From Candidatus Latescibacterota bacterium (GTDB lineage: Bacteria; Latescibacterota; UBA2968; GCA-2709665), in assembly GCA_965203805.1 (NCBI GenBank), contig OZ241917.1, positions 2,432,001 to 2,496,000 of the forward strand: a DNA stretch of 64,000 bases. Reading direction: 5' to 3'. Numbering within the stretch: position 1 is the first letter of the stretch; each line of letters begins with the position of its first letter. The notes under the pieces were generated by a model that worked only from the letters and a program-made list of their open reading frames with translations, made no database searches and was not told the DNA's origin. This document shows, in pieces, positions 38,095-48,867 of the stretch. The translations under genes and the position numbers were made by a program.

Positions 38095-38260
38095 TAACTG
38101 CCCGTTGAAAAAGTCCATCCGGGCTGCGTCCGGCCCTTGTGACCGAACTACGGCGTTGCGCTCTCTCCCCGAATCCAGGGATTCGCGTCGGTCACGCGCC
38201 TTGTCTTCGGCCACAATGACTCGGCCTCGCCTGCAGAGCGACTTTTTCAACGGACTGTTA
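38095..38260. mobile_element. Non-autonomous MITE (166 bp)
   Basis: 21-bp inverted ends TAACTGCCCGTTGAAAAAGTC / GACTTTTTCAACGGACTGTTA (2 mismatches); second copy at 20251. Confidence 0.8.
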
Positions 38261-38265
38261 TCAGC

Positions 38266-39648
38266 GTGACACCCAAACCGGACCGGGTTCGCCAGGCTGT
38301 CTTCTTCGCATGCCTTCTCCTTCTGCGTATCCAGACGGCCTGGGCCGCCAGTCCCGATCGGTCATTCACCGAGGTTGCCAGGCGGGTAAGGCCCGTGGTT
38401 GTCAGCATCTCGGTCAAAAGCGCCTACGGCAGGGAGATCTCCCGCACAGGGCTGCGCCAGGGCCCCTCAGCGTTGCGTTATGGATCCGGCTTCGTTCTGG
38501 ACGCGACGGGTCATATCCTGACCAGCAACCACGTCATAGAACGTGCCATTGGTATCCAGGTCGGTTTTTCCGACGGCAAGGAATATGCCGCCGAAATCGT
38601 CGGGCAGGATCCCGACACAGACCTCGCGCTTATCCGGCTGATTTCGGCAGCGCCCATCGACAGTTCCCGTATTGCCCGCCTGGGCGCCTCCGATTCAACA
38701 CAGGTCGGCGACTGGGTGATGGCCGTCGGCAGTCCCTTCGGCTTTCATCATACCGTCAGCGTGGGTGTGATCAGCGCCAAGGGAAGGCATCTGGAACGAA
38801 TACAGGGGGATATACCGGCGCCGCCGTTTCAGGATTTTCTGCAGACGGACGCATCCATCAATCCTGGAAACAGCGGCGGGCCCCTGGTGAATAGCGCGGG
38901 GCGCGTCGTTGGCGTGAACACCGCGTACAATCCCGCGGGATCCGGCATTGGGTTCGCCATACCGATAGACGTCGCCGGAAGCGTTGCCGCGCAACTGCGC
39001 GAACACGGCGAGGTCGTCCGCGGCTATCTCGGAATTCACCCCCAGGACCTGACGTCCGATCTTGCGGATGCGCTCGAACTGGACTCGACTGCGGGCATCC
39101 TTATCGGGGAAGTTCAGGTGGAAAGCCCGGCGGGGCGCGGCGGCCTCAAGCGAGGCGACATCATCAGAACGCTCGACGCCGACCCCATCCACAATGCCCA
39201 GGACTTTCTGAACCGGATTACCGGGTACCGTCCGGGGGAATCCGTTTCGCTGTTCATTCTTCGCGGCGGTGTGCCGTTGACGATCTCCTGTACGCTCGAC
39301 AGGAGGCCGAAGCAGCCCCGGCCCCCGCACAGATTTCGTACCGACAGCACAAACTGGCCCGGACTTGAGGTCAAGAGTCGCTCAGATTGGCAAAGCGGCC
39401 GATTGCAGGCGTCCAGAACCGGCCCCGGTGTCGTGGTTCATTACGTCGCTCCCGGTAGTCCGGCGGAAAACAAACTGATCGAACGCGGCGACGCGATCCT
39501 GGAAATCGACGGTGTCAGTATCTCGAACGTCAGAGACTACCGCAGGATGGTCGAAGAAATCAAGAGAGCTGTCAGGCCAGGCGTGTTCCTGATCCTGAAA
39601 AAGCACGACGGCAGCACGCGATTCGTTGCCCTCCGACCGCGACGTTGA
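38266..39648 (+). CDS. HtrA/DegP-family serine protease with two PDZ domains
   Basis: Signal peptide; triad in LTSNHVI, DTDLAL and INPGNSGGPL; RGYLGI; two SPA-containing PDZ domains. Confidence 0.93.
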   Translation: MTPKPDRVRQAVFFACLLLLRIQTAWAASPDRSFTEVARRVRPVVVSISVKSAYGREISRTGLRQGPSALRYGSGFVLDATGHILTSNHVIERAIGIQVGFSDGKEYAAEIVGQDPDTDLALIRLISAAPIDSSRIARLGASDSTQVGDWVMAVGSPFGFHHTVSVGVISAKGRHLERIQGDIPAPPFQDFLQTDASINPGNSGGPLVNSAGRVVGVNTAYNPAGSGIGFAIPIDVAGSVAAQLREHGEVVRGYLGIHPQDLTSDLADALELDSTAGILIGEVQVESPAGRGGLKRGDIIRTLDADPIHNAQDFLNRITGYRPGESVSLFILRGGVPLTISCTLDRRPKQPRPPHRFRTDSTNWPGLEVKSRSDWQSGRLQASRTGPGVVVHYVAPGSPAENKLIERGDAILEIDGVSISNVRDYRRMVEEIKRAVRPGVFLILKKHDGSTRFVALRPRR

Positions 39649-39883
39649 ACGCGCTTCGGGCGTCTGCCGAAGTACATCCGTCCAACCGAAAGGAGACCAA
39701 TCTTATGTAGCGAACTCCTGTCAACGGTATCCACATCCACAGCAGCAAGGTTCACTACGACAGTCTTGGATCCCCTTCGAGGAACTCAGTCGATTCTCCC
39801 GAACTGGTTTCTCGGCTCACAGTCCGGCTCCGAAACCCCGGCCCAACTGAACCGACCTCCCCGGTGCAAAGAAAGGCTGACGA

Positions 39884-40741
39884 GTGTCTAAGCTAGCCAA
39901 GAGGCCGTACGCGCGCGAAGATGAATCTCTGGATCAGTACCTTCAGGAGATCGGAGAAGTCGATCTTCTCACGGCGGACGAAGAAATCGCCCTCGCCAAG
40001 CGAATCAAGAAGGGCGACCAGGATTCCCTCGAAAAGCTGACCAAAGCCAATCTGAGATTTGTTGTCAGCGTGGCCAAGCAATACCAGAACCAGGGTCTCT
40101 CAATGGGAGACCTGATCAACGAGGGAAATCTGGGTCTGATAAAAGCAGCCAAACGCTTTGACGAAACAAAAGGCTTCAAATTTATCTCGTATGCCGTCTG
40201 GTGGATCAGGCAGGCCATTCTGCAGGCGCTCGCCGAGCAGTCCAGGATTGTTCGGCTGCCCTTGAACAGGGTGGGCGCCCTGCACAAAATCGGCAAGGCA
40301 TCCAGCGGGCTGGAGCAGGAATTCGGGCGAGAGCCCAGCCCCAGCGAAATCGCCGACGAACTTGAAATGAGCGATTACGAGGTGATGGATACACTCAAGA
40401 TCTCGAGCCGGCACCTTTCGCTCGACGCCCCGTTCAGCGAAAGCGAAGACAACAGTCTGCTGGATATTCTCGAAGATCAGTTGCAGCCGCCCCCCGATGA
40501 ATCGCTCATCGACGACTCACTCCACCGTGAGGTCGAGAAAGCGCTGGCAACCCTCACGCCCCGGGAAGCCGAAGTGATCAGCCTCTACTTCGGCATCAAC
40601 CGGGAGCACCCGCTCACGCTGGAGGAGATCGGCGAACGCTTCGGGCTGACCCGGGAGCGGGTACGCCAGATAAAGGAAAAGGCCATCCACAGGCTGCGCC
40701 ACAATTCCAGAAGCCGCCCCCTCAAGGCCTATCTACACTGA
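39884..40741 (+). CDS. RNA polymerase sigma70 factor, RpoD/SigA family, short form lacking region 1.1
   Basis: [45 protein letters not shown] and [15 protein letters not shown] motifs. Confidence 0.96.
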   Translation: MSKLAKRPYAREDESLDQYLQEIGEVDLLTADEEIALAKRIKKGDQDSLEKLTKANLRFVVSVAKQYQNQGLSMGDLINEGNLGLIKAAKRFDETKGFKFISYAVWWIRQAILQALAEQSRIVRLPLNRVGALHKIGKASSGLEQEFGREPSPSEIADELEMSDYEVMDTLKISSRHLSLDAPFSESEDNSLLDILEDQLQPPPDESLIDDSLHREVEKALATLTPREAEVISLYFGINREHPLTLEEIGERFGLTRERVRQIKEKAIHRLRHNSRSRPLKAYLH

Positions 40742-40756
40742 AAACACGATCCCTGT

Positions 40757-40798
40757 AAAGCCACAGCCGGCGTGACGCAATGGCTGTGGCTTTTTTTT
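40757..40798 (+). terminator. Intrinsic terminator after the sigma factor gene
   Basis: AAAGCCACAGCC / GGCTGTGGCTTT stem with a T8 tract. Confidence 0.88.
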
Positions 40799-40828
40799 AG
40801 GCGGCTGTAAGGGACCGCCCGCCGGCGC

Positions 40829-40859
40829 TTGACGGAACCGCCCAAAACTTGTACATTTG
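40829..40859 (+). promoter_or_regulatory. Sigma70 promoter
   Basis: TTGACG-17-TACATT; the -10 also reads TACATTTG. Confidence 0.6.
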
Positions 40860-40919
40860 GTGGGTTTGTCATCCGTCGCGAGCCGTTCAATATCCTCTTT
40901 CACCGAAAGGATTCAGCCC

Positions 40920-41171
40920 ATGTCGAACAGCAAATCCATAAAGGCGCTGCTGGTCGTTGTCGCGTTCCTGCTGGTTGCCAACCTGGTCCGCCCGCTCTGG
41001 TCGCCGGGTACGGCCCACGCACAGAGTGACGGGGAAGCCCCTGCAGTGGCCATCACCGGCGCGGGGAATACCGCCTGGATTCTGAAGGACAGCAATCTAT
41101 ACTACGCGGTGTACGAAAAGCAGTACGAATCCATCCGCATTTATGGTCCCGAAGAACTGCCGGAAGAGTGA
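40920..41171 (+). CDS. Small exported hypothetical protein
   Basis: AAAGGA RBS; basic N-terminus, hydrophobic stretch and AHA-Q cleavage-like site. Confidence 0.7.
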   Translation: MSNSKSIKALLVVVAFLLVANLVRPLWSPGTAHAQSDGEAPAVAITGAGNTAWILKDSNLYYAVYEKQYESIRIYGPEELPEE

Positions 41172-41259
41172 TCGCCGCCATGGGTCGTCGTCCGGGTTTG
41201 CCGAAGAGCCGGCATTCCTGCCCCCGAATCTCCTCCGAACCGCATAGCCAGAGGCATCC

Positions 41260-43710
41260 ATGAGGACCTTCCGGGAACAAAGCCGGCTCATCGGCGCCCT
41301 CGTTTTTCTCATCACGTGTTTCGTCTACGTCCGAACCGTTGCGCCCACGGTCACCTTCTGGGACACCGGCGAGTTCATCGCCGCCTCGTATATCCTTGGC
41401 GTCCCCCACCCGCCCGGCGCGCCCTTTCATACCCTCCTGGGCCGGATTTTCACGCTCTTCGCGGATCCCGACAGCGTTGCATTCAGCGTCAACCTGATAT
41501 CCGTCATTGCGGGCGCCGCCACGGCGCTCCTGCTCTTCCTGTGCAGCATCCGTCTGCTCACGCGGTGGCTGAGACCCGACCGTAGTTCCGACCGCATCGC
41601 CATTCTGACCGGCGGCGCGGTCGCCGCATTATCCGCGGCATTCTCGACCTCCTTCTGGGCAAATGCCACCGAGGCGGAAGTCTACGCGCTGTCCATGCTC
41701 TTCACCGTCCTGGCGTTCTACCTGGCCCTGCGATGGGACGGCGCGCCCGAGGACAGGAATCGCGACCGCCTGCTGATTTTCATCGTCTACCTGTTCTTTC
41801 TCGGCGCGGGCGTGCATCTGCAATGCCTGCTCACCGTGCCCGGAATCCTCATCCTGGTCTTTTCCGACCTGCTCAAGGGTCGTTCCACGTCCACACAGGC
41901 AGCCGTCGTTATCGGGCTGACGGTATTTCCTTTTCTGTGCATCGTCTCTCTCGATCAGAAAATCGCCGTCGGCCTGGTCGTCGGCCTGGTACTGGCCGTG
42001 CTCGCGGGTCTCCTGATCCTGCGTCCTGCCTGGCGCCGCCCCGCGTTCTGGCTGTGCGCCATGGGGATGATCGCCCTCGGATATTCCACGTACGTCATGC
42101 TCTACGTCCGGTCGGGTCTGGATCCCTTCATCGATATGAACAATCCGGAGACCTACGAGAATTTCAAGGCCTTCCTCACCCGCCAGCAATACGGCGTCCA
42201 TTCCATCTTTCCCCGCAGGGGTGATTTCTGGGACTATCAGTTCAACATCCACGTCAAGTATTTTCTCCAGCAATTCCCGTTTTACGATCAGGGGCTGGTC
42301 GGCCGCTTCTTCTCGGAAACACTGCCCGGGTTCACGGAACGTCTTGCCATCGGCGAGATGCTGTCCGGGACGTTCCGGCGCGCCGTGGCCAACATGGACG
42401 GCAACCGGGAGACGATCGCGTATTCGGTGGTCCCGATTCTCCTGGGCGTCGGCGGGGCCGTCAGCCACTTCCGCAGAGACTGGAAACGTTTTGCCAGCGT
42501 GTTCGCCATGTTTCTGCTCATGGGGATTGGCCTGGTCCTATACCTCAATATGCCCGACCCCGAACCCCGCGAGCGGGAGTATATCTTCGTCGGCGCCTAC
42601 ACGTTCTTCGGCCTCTGGATCGGCGGCGGCGCCGCTGCCCTCATCAGCTGGGCGGCGCGCGGGCGTGCCGCGGTTCCGGCAGCCGCGCTCGTGGCGGCCC
42701 TTTGTCTCGTCGTTCCGATCGGGCTTCTGCAGAACAATTACTTCGAACGCGACCGCAGCGGGGATTTCATCGCACACGACTACGCCCGGAACATCCTGAG
42801 TTCCTGCGAACCCGACGCCATCCTCTTCACCAACGGAGACAACGACACCTATCCGCTGTGGTTTGTCCAGTACGTCACGGGTTATCGCCGGGACGTCCGG
42901 GTGGTCAACCTCAGCCTGCTCAAAACGCCCTGGTACGTCAAACAGCTGCGCGATCTCCAACCGACCCTTCCCATTTCGATGACGAATGCAATTATCGACG
43001 GGCATGTGATCGCCCGCCCCTGGCCGGACCGGTTCGACTTCCAGCTCGCCGACAGCACGATTATCGTCAAGGCCGACGACATCCCCCTCACGGAATATTC
43101 AGTCGGCAACCGACGCATGGACATCCTGGAATCTCATACCTACATGATCTGGTACCTGGTTGAGCACGTTGACTGGCAGCGGCCGATATATTTCGCGGTT
43201 ACGGTCCCCGAACGCAACATGGGCGGTCTAAGGTCGTATCTCTCAATGGAAGGCATGGTATACCGACTCGTCCGGCAGCGGGCGCCGGGCCAATTCGACG
43301 CCGAATCGACCTCCAGGCATCTGCTCGAGAATTACCGTTATACCGGAATCGCGGACGCCACCGTCTACAAAGACCCGGTCGCCCGGCGGCTCATCAGCAA
43401 TTACCTGGTCATCTTCGAAGGCCTGGTGCGAGCGATGCATCTCGAGGAACGTCCGTCCGAAGCCCTCCGGATCATCAAGGTCGCGGAAACCACCATCCCT
43501 CCCGAATCGGTGGGGTCGTCCGTGTGGTACTCATTGATGCACACCAGTTACCGGCAGCTTGCCGTCAGCTATCTCCGCGCGGGAAAAAGAGACAGCGCGG
43601 CCCTCTGCCTCGAGAAACTGATCCGCGTCACTCCGCATGAGGAAGAACGAAAACGCCTTCGTTTGGATCTTGAGTCCCTGACGACCCCTTCCGAAACGCA
43701 CGGCAGATAA
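41260..43710 (+). CDS. DUF2723/TMEM260-like GT-C membrane protein
   Basis: TVAPTVTFWDTGEF, LGVPHPPGAP, ATEAEVY, EPREREY and ILFTNGDNDTYPLW motifs. Confidence 0.9.
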   Translation: MRTFREQSRLIGALVFLITCFVYVRTVAPTVTFWDTGEFIAASYILGVPHPPGAPFHTLLGRIFTLFADPDSVAFSVNLISVIAGAATALLLFLCSIRLLTRWLRPDRSSDRIAILTGGAVAALSAAFSTSFWANATEAEVYALSMLFTVLAFYLALRWDGAPEDRNRDRLLIFIVYLFFLGAGVHLQCLLTVPGILILVFSDLLKGRSTSTQAAVVIGLTVFPFLCIVSLDQKIAVGLVVGLVLAVLAGLLILRPAWRRPAFWLCAMGMIALGYSTYVMLYVRSGLDPFIDMNNPETYENFKAFLTRQQYGVHSIFPRRGDFWDYQFNIHVKYFLQQFPFYDQGLVGRFFSETLPGFTERLAIGEMLSGTFRRAVANMDGNRETIAYSVVPILLGVGGAVSHFRRDWKRFASVFAMFLLMGIGLVLYLNMPDPEPREREYIFVGAYTFFGLWIGGGAAALISWAARGRAAVPAAALVAALCLVVPIGLLQNNYFERDRSGDFIAHDYARNILSSCEPDAILFTNGDNDTYPLWFVQYVTGYRRDVRVVNLSLLKTPWYVKQLRDLQPTLPISMTNAIIDGHVIARPWPDRFDFQLADSTIIVKADDIPLTEYSVGNRRMDILESHTYMIWYLVEHVDWQRPIYFAVTVPERNMGGLRSYLSMEGMVYRLVRQRAPGQFDAESTSRHLLENYRYTGIADATVYKDPVARRLISNYLVIFEGLVRAMHLEERPSEALRIIKVAETTIPPESVGSSVWYSLMHTSYRQLAVSYLRAGKRDSAALCLEKLIRVTPHEEERKRLRLDLESLTTPSETHGR

Positions 43711-43752
43711 CCGAAGCGTCCACGTCGCAATCCGGCGGGCCGGCAACGCGTC

Positions 43753-44433
43753 CTATTTCAGCTTGAATCGTCGCGTGTGCCTGCGCATCAGGAGGTAACC
43801 CGCAACGAACCCGCCGATATGGGCATACCACGCAACGCCGCCTCCCACGCCGCCCGAATCGGCCGAAGCGTTCACCAGTTGGATGATGAACCAGACGCCC
43901 AGAACCAGCAGCGCGGGCACCCGCACGATCTGGATGAAGAACAGCAGGAAGACGAAAACATGCACCCGGGCGCCCGGGAATCGCGCCAGATAGCCACCGA
44001 GGATTCCCGCGATCGCGCCGCTGGCGCCCACCATGGGGATCGTGGAGTCAGGGTCCGAGAGCACGTGGCCCAGTGAGGCCGCCACGCCGCAGAAAACGTA
44101 AAAAAACAGAAACCTCAGCCGTCCCAGCGTGTCTTCGACGTTGTTCCCGAATATCCACAGATAAAGCATGTTGCCGCCCAGATGCATCCAGCCGCCGTGC
44201 ATGAACATCGCCGTCAGGAACGTGAGGTAGAGCGGGATCGGCGTTGGCGATATGGCGTCCACGCCATGGGTGACTTCGAAGGGTATCAGACCCATCCGCA
44301 GCGTAAATACGTCGAAACCAACCGATCCCAGGGCGATAGAATAAAAGAAAACGCCCACGTTCAGCAGCAGGATGCTCACCGTGAGAACGGGGGCGCGGCG
44401 GGTCGGATTGTCATCTTTAATGGGCAGTATCAT
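43753..44433 (-). CDS. Rhomboid intramembrane serine protease
   Basis: MFMHGGWMHLGGNM, VGASGAIAG and AWYAHIGGF motifs. Confidence 0.95.
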   Translation of the reverse strand: MILPIKDDNPTRRAPVLTVSILLLNVGVFFYSIALGSVGFDVFTLRMGLIPFEVTHGVDAISPTPIPLYLTFLTAMFMHGGWMHLGGNMLYLWIFGNNVEDTLGRLRFLFFYVFCGVAASLGHVLSDPDSTIPMVGASGAIAGILGGYLARFPGARVHVFVFLLFFIQIVRVPALLVLGVWFIIQLVNASADSGGVGGGVAWYAHIGGFVAGYLLMRRHTRRFKLK

Positions 44434-44437
44434 CTGC

Positions 44438-46717
44438 TTATCGTACCGTGAACGAACGCACCGCGCGGCCGCGGTTTCCGCAGGCGTCCGATACCGCCAC
44501 TTCCAACTTGTGGATTCCGGGCGGGAGCGGCTGCCTGGGCCGGGCTTTCACCAGACCCGTTTCGGGATCGTATTCCGCGATCAGGCGTTTTCCATCCAGC
44601 CGCACCAGGATATCCCTTTCCCGCCGGATGCCCGATCCCGAGTCGCCGATCCTGGCGACAAGCACGGGCCGTCTGTCGGCAACCTTTGCGCCCCGTACCG
44701 GCCGCCGTATTCTCACCCGGGGAGGGGTCTCGTCCAGCAACAACGCATAGGTTGAAAAACTCGCAACCTCGGCGGCCACGGCGTCGCGCCCCCGAACCGC
44801 ACGGTTGCCCACAAATGCCCAGGCGCCCTTGCCGGTTAACCGGTAGATGCCCAACCGCTCCGGCCGGTTGAAGTCTGACGGGTATCGCAGTAGAATTTCG
44901 GCCTTGCGACGGAATGGCACATCCTCAGGCCCGAACCGGTATCGGGATCCAACCAGCGGCAGTCGTTTTAAACCTTTTCCGGGAGTTGCCGCGATTCGCC
45001 CGAAGAAGGGCCGGTAGACTTCGCCGGCGTCGAAGCGGGCTTCCGCCATGCCGTCCGCCGAACGAACGACCCCGCCCGACCGGCGCACCGGCGTCTGCAT
45101 CAGGCGTACGGTGCGACGACCCGGACTTCCCTTCAGATCGACCGCGGTCAGGACCGCCTCAACCCGGCCGTCGACCGCAGGGTCGAAGCGCACCACGCAC
45201 TCGTAGCGGTGCAGACTCCGCTGAAGAACCTCCGGTGTGGTTTCCCTTCTCGAGGACCAACGCAGGGTAACCCCGGGGGCAGACGACAAGAGCCGCTTCG
45301 AGACGATTTTCAACACCGCAAATTGGGGATAATAGCGTACGGTGCATTTCAACAGGTCGTCCTTCGCCGCGCGGTTCGTCGTTGCAACAGGCGCACAGAC
45401 GCGAAAGCCTTCCGCCTCCAGCCGGTCCCGGGCGCGCACCCTGTAGACCGCATCGGGGGTGTGGTTGAATTCCACGTCGATCCTGCCGAGGGTGTCCGCG
45501 TCGACCCTGCGTACGCGACCCCAGGATCGTCCGGCATCTACAGAACGCTCCACAACGACCGACTTCAGATTCCCGTCCCGCACCCGCGCCCGCGCCCGGA
45601 CGGAACGGCCGTTCAAATCCGCGCGGGCCTCCAGCACACGGGGAACCGAGTTCACGATAACGTCGAGGTCGACGCGGGAGCGGTTCCCGGCCACGTCTTC
45701 AACCACCACCCGGATGCGGTTCCTGCCCGGGTCCAGCGCAACGCCGCGACCGGTGGGCGGGATCCCCGCATACAGGACGCCGTCTCCCACCTTGAACCTC
45801 CCGTACATGGGAAGCTGATTGCCGTCGGAACGGTACAGGTTGTGATACAGGCCGGCGCCGCGCTTTTTCAGGGCAAAGTTGCGATCCAGTTCGACCTGGT
45901 TGACCTGATTGTACGCGAAAATCGTGTACCGGGTCTCGAAGACCTCGCGGTCGTTTATGAACAGTCTCAAACGATACGGAGAGAAGCGGTTGCTAAGCAC
46001 CGTGGCGTCGGCCTGATCGTACGTCTTCACACCCACGCCGATGCGCCCGTCGATCATGGGCGCCCTCCGCGCGACGTAGCGTTTCAGCTTGGGGCGCCAC
46101 CGCACGCCGATCGTGACGGGGTCCAGTCCATCCGAGACCCGGGAATCCGCGTCCATCGGGATCAGAGCCAGGGACTGTATGGTAGGCGCAATGGTGTCCT
46201 TTACATCGAAGCCGTGAAGCAACCCGTTGATCGGACGCTGATGCTTATCGCGTATTTCAAAATGCAAATGCGGTACGCCGCTGCCGGTACTGCCGGAGTA
46301 TCCGAGCGTCTCCCCGCGTTTGACTCGGATCTGGTTCGGCTTAAAGAAAAGATTAACGCTGTAAAATCCCCGCCGGGCCTGTTCGGCCTCGACGTGGGTC
46401 TGAACCGCGGGGGCAAAAGCCGAAAGGTGTGCATAGACCGCCGTTCGACCGTCCTGCAACCTGATGTAGATCACCTTTCCATACCCCCAGGGCGAGGTCC
46501 GCACGCGCCAGACGTACCCATCGTCAACCGCCAGCACCGGGTATCCTTCCTTTCCCCACGTCTTGAAATCCAGCCCCGCGTGGAAGCGCCGGGGCCGATA
46601 TTCTCCAAAGGAAGAGTTGAGCGCGGGCGGCGCCGCCATCGGCCAATGGTAATCTCCGGCTTCCACGATGCCGGAATTCACCAGGCAAAGATACCATATC
46701 AACGGAATCGCGCGCAT
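44438..46717 (-). CDS. M23-family metallopeptidase with long C-terminal beta domains (start 46717 or 46738)
   Basis: SSFGEYR..FHAGLD, YAHL and [12 protein letters not shown] motifs. Confidence 0.88.
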   Translation of the reverse strand: MRAIPLIWYLCLVNSGIVEAGDYHWPMAAPPALNSSFGEYRPRRFHAGLDFKTWGKEGYPVLAVDDGYVWRVRTSPWGYGKVIYIRLQDGRTAVYAHLSAFAPAVQTHVEAEQARRGFYSVNLFFKPNQIRVKRGETLGYSGSTGSGVPHLHFEIRDKHQRPINGLLHGFDVKDTIAPTIQSLALIPMDADSRVSDGLDPVTIGVRWRPKLKRYVARRAPMIDGRIGVGVKTYDQADATVLSNRFSPYRLRLFINDREVFETRYTIFAYNQVNQVELDRNFALKKRGAGLYHNLYRSDGNQLPMYGRFKVGDGVLYAGIPPTGRGVALDPGRNRIRVVVEDVAGNRSRVDLDVIVNSVPRVLEARADLNGRSVRARARVRDGNLKSVVVERSVDAGRSWGRVRRVDADTLGRIDVEFNHTPDAVYRVRARDRLEAEGFRVCAPVATTNRAAKDDLLKCTVRYYPQFAVLKIVSKRLLSSAPGVTLRWSSRRETTPEVLQRSLHRYECVVRFDPAVDGRVEAVLTAVDLKGSPGRRTVRLMQTPVRRSGGVVRSADGMAEARFDAGEVYRPFFGRIAATPGKGLKRLPLVGSRYRFGPEDVPFRRKAEILLRYPSDFNRPERLGIYRLTGKGAWAFVGNRAVRGRDAVAAEVASFSTYALLLDETPPRVRIRRPVRGAKVADRRPVLVARIGDSGSGIRRERDILVRLDGKRLIAEYDPETGLVKARPRQPLPPGIHKLEVAVSDACGNRGRAVRSFTVR

Positions 46718-46779
46718 CGTGATCGGACCTCCCCTCACGATGGTTTCAATGGTTGTTCTTCACGGACGACTTGCGCCTG

Positions 46780-46808
46780 AGTATAGGTATTTTGCCCCAC
46801 GGGGTCAA
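46780..46808 (-). promoter_or_regulatory. Sigma70 promoter for the M23-rhomboid genes
   Basis: TTGACC-17-TATACT. Confidence 0.6.
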
Positions 46809-46985
46809 GCACGCGGCGGGGATTTTCAGTCGGTAAAAAAAACTTGCCTGCAAACCCGCCTTCCTATAATTTATTGCGTTGTAATGAGAACTCATGGCCG
46901 GAAACCTCACCTCCGGCCAATTGCCCCGGGCAGTTGCCGCCCATTCGCGCCGCCTCTCTTTCATCCACCGGAGGGTGTTCATCCC

Positions 46986-48806
46986 ATGCTCAAAAACCTG
47001 CGCAACGTGGTCCTGATCAAAGCCATGATGTGGATCGTTGCCATTTCCTTCGTGGCGCTGATGGTCTTCGACTGGGGCGCCGGCGGAATGACCTGTGCCG
47101 GTCCCGGAGATACGGTGGGTGTCATCAACGGTCAGAAAATCAGCCACCAGCAATTCGTCGAAGCACTCCGCGACGCCTCGAGACAGGCCAAGGCCCGCAA
47201 CAATGCCGAACCGGAAGAGAGCCAGCTTATCAGTCAGATCTGGGACCAGATGGTCGCCCAGATTCTTTACGCCCAGCAAATCGAAGCCCATGAAATCGCA
47301 GTCTCCGATGCCGAAGTCAACTTCATCAACCGGAATCAGCCGGTCGAATGGGTGCAGAACCAGGAGGTCTTTCAGACCGACGGCAACTTTGATCCTGAGA
47401 AATACGGCAGGTTCCTGGACGACCCCGGCACGTACTCAAGCCCGGAGAGAAACCAGTTCGTACTCAGCGCCGAATACGCTGTCCGTCAGGCGGTGTTGAT
47501 CAGCAAGCTCCAGGAGATGGTCGCAGGCGGGGTGAGGGTCACCTCGGCGGAGGTGCGGGAAGCATTCCTGCGGCAGAAAGAGAAAGTTCGCGTGGCCTAC
47601 GCGGCCATCGAGGCGTATTCCATCGCCGATTCACTGGCTTCCGTATCGGACGAGCAGATCCAGGCCTATTACAGCGGCCACCCGGATGAATTCCATCGCG
47701 AAGCGGCCGTCAATGCCTCGTTCGTTGCCTTCGAAAAGAAGCCTTCCGCGGCCGATGAAGCCGATGCAGAGGCCGAAATCCGCGACCTGCTCGCCGAAGT
47801 CCGCGCCGGTGGAGAATTCGCCGCGCTGGCCCGGAGCCATTCTGAAGACCCCGGCAGCGCGGAACGCGGCGGCGATCTGGGTTTCTTCGGACGCGGAAGG
47901 ATGGTCAAGCCCTTCGAGGAGGCGGCCTTTGCTCTCGAACCCGGCGCAATCTCGGAACCCGTACGTTCCCAGTTCGGATGGCATATCCTCAAGGTCGAGG
48001 AACGGAAAGGCGAGGGTGACGGGCTTGAGGTCCGCGCCAGGCACATCCTGCTGAAAATCCGGCCGGGCAGGGACACGCTGGACAGCCTCCGTCTCGAATC
48101 CGAACGCTTCCAGGAGCGTGCGGACGAAGCCGACTTCCTGACAGCCGTGGCGGAACAGGGCCTGCAGGCAAAAGAAACCGGTTTCATCACCGCCGGAGGC
48201 TACTTCCCCCTTCTGGGCAATCGGACGTCCGGGCTGGTCAATTCCTTTCTCAGCGCTTCACCGGGCAGGGTTTCCCCCCCGTACGAAACCGAACAGGGCA
48301 TTTATGTCTTCGTCCTGCTCGCCCGGCGGGAAGCCGGGCCGCAGCCGTTGGACGAGGTCTACAATCGCATTGCGACCAAGCTGAAGACAACGGAAAAGGT
48401 CAACGTTGCATCCACGCGCATGGCCCCCTTGCTCGAGGACGTCAGGTCGGGCAGAAGCCTGGAGGACGCGGCGCATAGTCGCGATATTCGCTTTGCCGAG
48501 TCCAAGCCCTTCAGCCGGGACGACTTCGTGCAGGGCGTCGGACGCAGGAACGCGTTTACGGGCGCGGCTTTCCGGCTGGAAACAGGAACCACCAGCGGCG
48601 TCGTCGCCACGGACCGGGGCGCATACGTGCTGCAGTTGTTGGAAAAAGAGCCGATTGACGAAGTTGAATTCAAGGCGGAAGTGCCGAAACTGGTCGAACG
48701 CCTGCGTGCGGAAAAACAGAACGAAGTCCTGGCAGCCTGGTTCAGCGACCTCAAAGAGCAGGCGGAAATCATCGACAATCGGCATCTCTTCTACTCGAAT
48801 TTCTGA
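46986..48806 (+). CDS. PpiD/SurA-like parvulin peptidyl-prolyl isomerase
   Basis: MLKNLR start with TM anchor; [38 protein letters not shown]. Confidence 0.9.
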   Translation: MLKNLRNVVLIKAMMWIVAISFVALMVFDWGAGGMTCAGPGDTVGVINGQKISHQQFVEALRDASRQAKARNNAEPEESQLISQIWDQMVAQILYAQQIEAHEIAVSDAEVNFINRNQPVEWVQNQEVFQTDGNFDPEKYGRFLDDPGTYSSPERNQFVLSAEYAVRQAVLISKLQEMVAGGVRVTSAEVREAFLRQKEKVRVAYAAIEAYSIADSLASVSDEQIQAYYSGHPDEFHREAAVNASFVAFEKKPSAADEADAEAEIRDLLAEVRAGGEFAALARSHSEDPGSAERGGDLGFFGRGRMVKPFEEAAFALEPGAISEPVRSQFGWHILKVEERKGEGDGLEVRARHILLKIRPGRDTLDSLRLESERFQERADEADFLTAVAEQGLQAKETGFITAGGYFPLLGNRTSGLVNSFLSASPGRVSPPYETEQGIYVFVLLARREAGPQPLDEVYNRIATKLKTTEKVNVASTRMAPLLEDVRSGRSLEDAAHSRDIRFAESKPFSRDDFVQGVGRRNAFTGAAFRLETGTTSGVVATDRGAYVLQLLEKEPIDEVEFKAEVPKLVERLRAEKQNEVLAAWFSDLKEQAEIIDNRHLFYSNF

Positions 48807-48867
48807 TTGGAGCACGGGCGAGCCCGCGCGCTCCTTATCCGTCGTCTCACTGTACAGGACGCCTCGC

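Noticed and set aside
39705-39896. TAG read-through extending the sigma factor
   Set aside because: The ATG-TAG frame is not in frame with the sigma gene, and TAG is used as a normal stop elsewhere in the window.
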